Of a stretch of 64,000 nucleotides of DNA, positions 63,101-64,000 are shown one piece after another. Under the pieces are notes generated by a model, which searched no databases, was not told where the DNA came from, and saw only the letters and a list, made by a program, of their open reading frames with translations. The first letter of the stretch is position 1, and every line of letters begins with the position of its first letter. This DNA comes from Toensbergia leucococca (Eukaryota), in the NCBI GenBank assembly GCA_022813965.1, contig JALDZS010000018.1, forward strand, positions 124,001 to 188,000, in the 5' to 3' direction. The translations under genes and the position numbers were made by a program.

Positions 63101-64000
63101 AGATCTTAGGGAAGCTAGTAGTGAACATGATGGTTTTCTCAAGCGAATGTGTCAATTCTCAGCTCAGACCGCGCTCAAGAAACTAGGCATGTATAAGACA
63201 TGATCTCTTTCTGAGATCCTACTGAAAGTAAAAGATATGATTCCAATTGATCCTCGGATCATAGACGGACCAGAAGACTGGTATCTTATGTGACAGATTA
63301 TATGGTATTACTACCTACCCTTCAATCCTCGAACAGATCCCATCCATCAAAAACCGATTTCATTCTCACCATCACCATCTTCAACCAAACCTCCCCTCTT
63401 TCCCAACTCTCCACCCTCTTCTCCCTTTAATTCCCCAAACCTGTCCCCAAAAAAAGCATACCCCGCAAACAAACCGCATAAGGCGAAACTAGATTTGAAA
63501 AAGGAACAGGCTTATATCACAACCATATACACGATAACATCCTCTACTCAACAACTTCAAACCCGAATCACCCTCCTCCTCCCTTCCCAAGATATCTCAC
63601 CAAAGACTGACAAACCCACTCCTTTTCCCAACCTCAAATATACTCTCAACTCCATCCCGCACGCCCTTATTCTTCAAACATCTCCCAGCCACCGGCGTAA
63701 AACCTAGCGGCTGTATGTACAGAGCGCATAAGTCTTTTTCCGCCCCTCACTTGGATATATCCATTACCTAAACTACTCGAAAGTTCCCTACTAGCCCTAA
63801 AAGAAGGCTTGGAATGGATTATCTAACATTTATCCTGGTTGATGATCTGATACGAGAGTTGTGTGAGATCTAGATACGGGGGTTTGATTGTGATTTTCTG
63901 TATCTAGGTGGGGCTTTGTTGGATTGGGGTTTAGGGAGCTGTGTGACCTAGTTTTTAAAAGCGGAACTGGTGATGGAGAGGGGATGGGATCACTTGTGGG

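Noticed and set aside
60200..64000. Short ORFs in the long intergenic region upstream of the aspartic protease
   Set aside because: No coherent exon structure or domain motifs; treated as non-coding.

Overview
Gene-dense, intron-containing eukaryotic DNA from a filamentous ascomycete (Pezizomycotina; a lichen-forming Lecanoromycete is plausible but is inference). About 21 intact-looking protein genes can be modelled. Housekeeping genes: Uso1/p115 3' end, IleRS, an NDUFAF8-like twin-CX9C mini-gene missed by the ORF track, Sfi1, Ncl1/Trm4, an Mss116/CYT-19-like DEAD-box helicase, CCDC124/Lso2 and Cdc45. Other genes: a GT25-like glycosyltransferase, a class II aldolase, a DUF1996-WSC protein and an aspartic protease, plus an intron-containing tRNA-Glu(CTC). 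An accessory tract at about 36.8-58 kb holds the most unusual material. (1) A JMJD5-like JmjC gene carries a copy of the N-terminal ~46 codons of its convergent AlkB/GRF-zinc-finger neighbour, with mostly synonymous differences. (2) A HeLo-like + ubiquitin-like-domain gene sits head-to-head with a decayed USP-like protease gene, near a HeLo-like/NACHT/ANK NLR. (3) An alpha/beta-hydrolase lacks both catalytic Ser and His. Window-wide, there are repeated C/A-rich to G/T-rich switches inside genes on either strand, and three GC-AG introns. All family assignments come from motif recognition by eye; no searches were run.
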